Positions 60,050-64,000 of a DNA stretch of 64,000 nt are shown here, in pieces; positions within the stretch are counted from its first letter, which is position 1, and each line of letters starts with the position of its first letter. Location: positions 1,426,001 through 1,490,000 of the forward strand of contig JAYWIR010000024.1 of assembly GCA_036172245.1 (NCBI GenBank), in the 5' to 3' direction. The position numbers and the translations under genes are program-made. The notes beneath the pieces were generated by a model. The model did not search any database. It was not told the origin of the DNA and saw only the letters and a list, made by a program, of their open reading frames with translations. This DNA comes from Raillietiella orientalis (Eukaryota).

Positions 60050-60500
60050 CCCGCCTGCATGGAAAGACGGCTGCATTTATGGATGCACGTACGCAGCTGA
60101 GCACGCTGGGATGAAGAGATTGCACGAGGCTTTCGCTGCAATCGGAAGCCACGAAGACGTGGAGGTTCTTTTCCCGAAGGTTTTCGGAGTTGCGCACGAG
60201 TGAAAGAGCGAAACCCGAAAAGCAAACAAAAACTCCCTCCTTTCCCGAAAGTTTCCGAAGGGAGTATCGATCCCAGCACCTCCGGTTGATCGCTTCGCGT
60301 CTAGCAAAAATCTTCAGTCCGGGCCACGTACCTGTGAAACGTTCGGAAAGGAAACTTTTTCCGGAGCAGCAGAGTTTCACTCCCGCCGAAGCGGCAGCAC
60401 GGGATAACCCATCCTGCCAACAAGGCGGTTATACACTCGTGATCGTCAAGGACAGTGCAGTTCCATCCGTCGGGTGCTACGGTCTTGCTTTCCTTCCAGA
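60050..60500 (+). mobile_element. Possible LTR-retrotransposon integrase relic
   Basis: EHAGMKRLHE...HEDVE and GYTLVIVKD loosely follow the integrase H2C2 and rve start. The cysteines are not preserved. Confidence 0.3.
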
Positions 60501-60517
60501 TGGTAACGTAGCAACTC

Positions 60518-60694
60518 TCCCCTCCAAATCGCACTCCCCCGAGAACGAACAGCAAGAATAAAGTTGCATCTGCCCATGTTCCGACACGCGGGCAGATGCA
60601 ACTTTGTTCTTGCTGTCGGACCATGTGTTGGAACATGGACAGATGCAACTTTGTTCTTGCTGTTCGTTCTCGGGGGACTGCGATTTAGAGGGGA
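60518..60694. repeat. About 70-bp inverted repeat (foldback) with an internal partial third copy
   Basis: 60518-60588 is the near-perfect reverse complement of 60622-60694. The spacer contains another CAGATGCAACTTTGTTCTTGCTGT. Confidence 0.9.
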
Positions 60695-60699
60695 TCGGC

Positions 60700-62200
60700 G
60701 AACGTGTGGCTGCGGTCTCCGCTCGTGGTACCACGCGTCGAGGGTTCGAATCCCATCCGGGAAATGATCGACGTCGAGAAATGGGCGCATCGTCGCTTTA
60801 GGGCGCATCTTCGCGAAATGACGCTGGTTGGCCTCGGATGCGGCCAATGGTGGGAACCGGATGTCCCAGCTGATTGATCGGGACCGGAAGCTGACCCTCA
60901 GGGGTCCTTCCAGGAATCAAGGAGCCGGACGGTTCCCTTCGGGGTACAGCTCCGGTTGTGAAAATGAAGTCCTTTCCTCCCCTTTCCTTGGGGGAGACCC
61001 TCCATCTCGTACCATGGAGCTGATGGATTGATGCTACCTCTCCAGAGTGTCAAAAAGTGCGCTGTTCCATTCAGAGAAATTTTGAAGCGTTTCTTCGGGG
61101 TTCTCTTCAGTGAAGTAACAAGGAGCGGTTCTCTTGAGGGTTCTCTCCAGAGAAGAAATTCAGGAGCAGCTTACCATTAGTACTACACTACCACTGTCAC
61201 TATCTCAGACTTGCGGATGCTGCCACCCCAAGTGTCCTTCCGCGACGAGCTGAGGTAACCTGTTCGGCATTCCTGGCAGAGACCTGGAGTGACCCCCAGC
61301 GCTCCAGAACAGCAGCGCCCTCCCCTTGAAATGGCGGGAGTCGGCACTTCTGCTGTTGCTCTGATGTCTTCCCTGCAACGTCCGCCGACACCACTGGACG
61401 CAGGGGAGGGCGAGCCCGGACTGTCGCAGGTGCGGGGAACGCTAATCCCTCCCGCACCTGCATGTGGGCTGTGCTGCCCTTCGGCCCATAAGTGGGAACG
61501 CTTGGGGGCGAGCCTTGCAACCCCAGGGACGTTCTGCGAACCCCTCTTTGTGCGGGATGCCCTGCAGCCAGCCGCAGCCCCAGAAGCGCTTTGCTGCCTA
61601 CGCGGGCTTGTGGCGGCCTGGAGAGAAGCCGACAGAGGAGGAAACACGAGGGACGCCTTCCAGCTCTCAGTTCGCTTTCTGCGGATGGAGGCCAGGTTAC
61701 CTCACCCGGGACTTATTCGGACGGATCCCAAGAAAAGGCTGGCATCCCAGAAAGGATGCGGACTCCCCCCAGTGGGTCCCTTCCTGATCCTCCTAAAGAT
61801 TTTTATCTACTCTTTTTTCTTTTTCTTTTCACCCATTTCCCTCCGCTGCCGAGGTGACCCCCTCCGGTCTGCGTATCGGTGACCCGGCAGGTCCATGGAC
61901 AAACGGTGTGTGGCAGGACCACGTGTCCTACCACAATTCGTGAGTTTCCTTTAAATTCCAAGAAGCGCCCCGGAGTGTGCGATTGGAAATCGAAGGCAAC
62001 CAGGGAGAAGGTCCCCTCCCAAGCGTAAGAGGAACAAATTGCTTCCTCTGGAACTGGCTGGATTCATGGGGTGCTACCCTCCCGGGTACCCCCCATAACT
62101 TGAAGAGTGACACGCACCCTCGGGTGGCGTGGACAGTGTCGAAGAGTTTTGTGAGCCACTCCCCAAGGAGGCGAACAGTTCTTCAGTATTTAGCAAACCC
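60700..62200 (+). mobile_element. tRNA-headed repeat H12 (60700-61170 and about 61990-62200) interrupted by a LINE subfamily-B 3' fragment (about 61210-61975)
   Basis: B-box GGTTCGAATCC at 60743-60753. The insert encodes LIPPAPACGLCC...RDAFQLSVRFLRMEARLPHPG and the CCGGT-CTGCGT-ATCGG hairpin (61864-61879). The head resumes at CAACCAGGG...HNLKSDTHPRVAW. Confidence 0.75.
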
Positions 62201-64000
62201 ATCAAAAGTCCTTGGAAAGCAGTCGATTGATGGAATTCGGGTTCGTGGATGCATTCAGCTTCCTCTCCCGAATGGGTCGTCCTCCAAGCTGCAGGCATCA
62301 ATTGGAGACATTCACGGTAACGTCCTCCGAACGCTGCGCTGAGAGGCTTTCGCTCACAGTACTCTGCGACTCGCAGCATCACTTAGTCAACAGCCCATAG
62401 CAAGGAGGGACCTTGATTCCAGAAGCTGCAACGCGATCCATCGATTTGCGGGAGTAATTAAATATTATTCTGATGACTGAAATTTTTTGGTGCGCAGGAT
62501 TCGAATGGCGGTCCATTAAAGTACGTCGCGTGCTACGTGACGCGACACGCGTTTACCGGAAGCACGAGATGAAAGGGTGCAATCATCCAGCGCTGAGAAA
62601 ACCTCCGCGCATGCGCGCACAGGAAACACCTCGTGTCTCTACAGAGAGATGTGCAGGACCTAGGAGTCGTTCCATCTGCTGTCCAAAAGAGGAAGAAGAG
62701 AAGGGAAAACCTTTCGAGGGCTCCAGCGATTGCCCGCGTCATTCAATATGGAACACACGCTTCCGTCTTTTTCTCCCCTTCCCCTCCTCCTTCTGCTCGC
62801 TTCCTGTCCTTGACAGTACGTGAATTTTGCAATACAGAATCCGAGAATTCCTTGAGAATCCTTCCTTGGGAATTCAGCTCAATTCGATCGTTGACAGAAC
62901 GTGCACCTCGCGAGCGCCGGCTGCGGACATTCTGCGTCGGGTTGTTTCCCTGTCTGAAGAGCCCATTCATTGCAAGCAGCTCCGCACTGCATGATCCTGC
63001 CCTTAGGTTTTTACCAAGAGGATAATTCCGGGAATTTCCGACTTTCCACGTAGTCCTCTCGGCGCCGGAATCTTGGGGCTGACGTTAAGGAGAATCACTG
63101 CGTCTCATCGGTACAGTTTGGTACACGCGTTAATGGCTACGGGCTTTTACGCTCGGAGGAAACTTCTGCCGAGTGGCGGCGGGCCGCAATCCCCGGTTCT
63201 GGATTATGAATTCGGGAGATCGAATATGGGAAAAGGGAATGGGCGCGCGCGGATCCAGCCGCGTTTGACGCGGCGGGTCCCGGCCCTCTCTCCCTCTTCT
63301 TGCCTTCCGAGAGAAAAATTGGATCCCGCGTCAACTTCGACCCAGAATGCACTCCGAAGCCGACAGAACGAATCTCTTACACGGGAAGCACTTACTTTCG
63401 ATAAGCAGATGCGCCACGGACCAATTTTACGAGATGCCGTGAGAACTCTTTTCCGTGCGCATCCGCCGTTTGTCACCAGCATCTCACGTTTTCCGATGCG
63501 AAGGAAGTCCGTGTTCTCCGTCAGGAGTTTCCTTCAAGGATGCACAAGGATTCTCTAATCATTTAATGGTCAGATGCATTCAGGAACGAGTGGGATTTTT
63601 TTTTTTTTTCTTTCCTTCCTTTTCCAGGTCTATCGCTTTTCGTTTTCGGAAAAGCTTCCTTCCTTCCTCCCAAGTAATAGAGTAATCATTGCTGATTCAC
63701 CCTTGTCAGTACTGTCAAGGCTGTGTAAGGCTTTTCCTTCAACAAATTCGAAAAAGCCGTTAATTAAATGCGTCCTCAACTCGCCGATTTTTTTGTTTTT
63801 TTGGGGGGGGCTTTTTGTTCTTTTTGTGTTAGCAGCGCAGAAGGGGTGCAGCAATCCAAAAACCAGAGTTACTCTTGTAGAATCAAGACGTCCGCATTCC
63901 CGCTCACTAACCCGGGCCCTGATGATGACTTTCATGGCCACCAACCCCAGTTTTTCCCCATCCTGACGTTTGCACGAGAAGCTTGTCGGACTCTCGCAAT

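Overview
Eukaryotic, almost certainly metazoan and probably invertebrate, repeat-saturated genomic DNA. Nearly all ORFs in the six-frame track are shadows of decayed retroelements. One host gene is supported: a spliced, minus-strand Ly6/uPAR (three-finger, quiver/sleepless-like) GPI-anchored protein with exons at about 56595/56511-56457, 56395-56249 and 51892-51690. Most of the remaining window is fragments of non-LTR retrotransposons. (1) A 5'-truncated Utopia-type element (RLE, NeSL/R2 group) is joined to the 3' part of a U2 snRNA gene at the known target site, and a second U2 remnant lies elsewhere. (2) There is an R2-like RLE fragment. (3) About 15 3'-end fragments and several APE/RT fragments belong to an L1/Tx1-like LINE group whose divergent subfamilies share two covarying 3' stem-loops and have no poly(A) tail. 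(4) About 12 copies of a 0.7-0.9 kb element start with a tRNA-like A/B-box head plus a second B-box, followed by degenerate ~40-45 bp monomers rich in cTTCGg hairpins. At one locus this head runs collinearly into an ORF1-like region and an APE-like ORF2 start, and at two loci it is fused directly to the LINE 3' end. This suggests a LINE with a tRNA-derived structured 5' leader and bipartite non-autonomous derivatives, the most novel-looking signal here. Repeat boundaries were read by eye and are approximate (tens of bp). No database searches were run.
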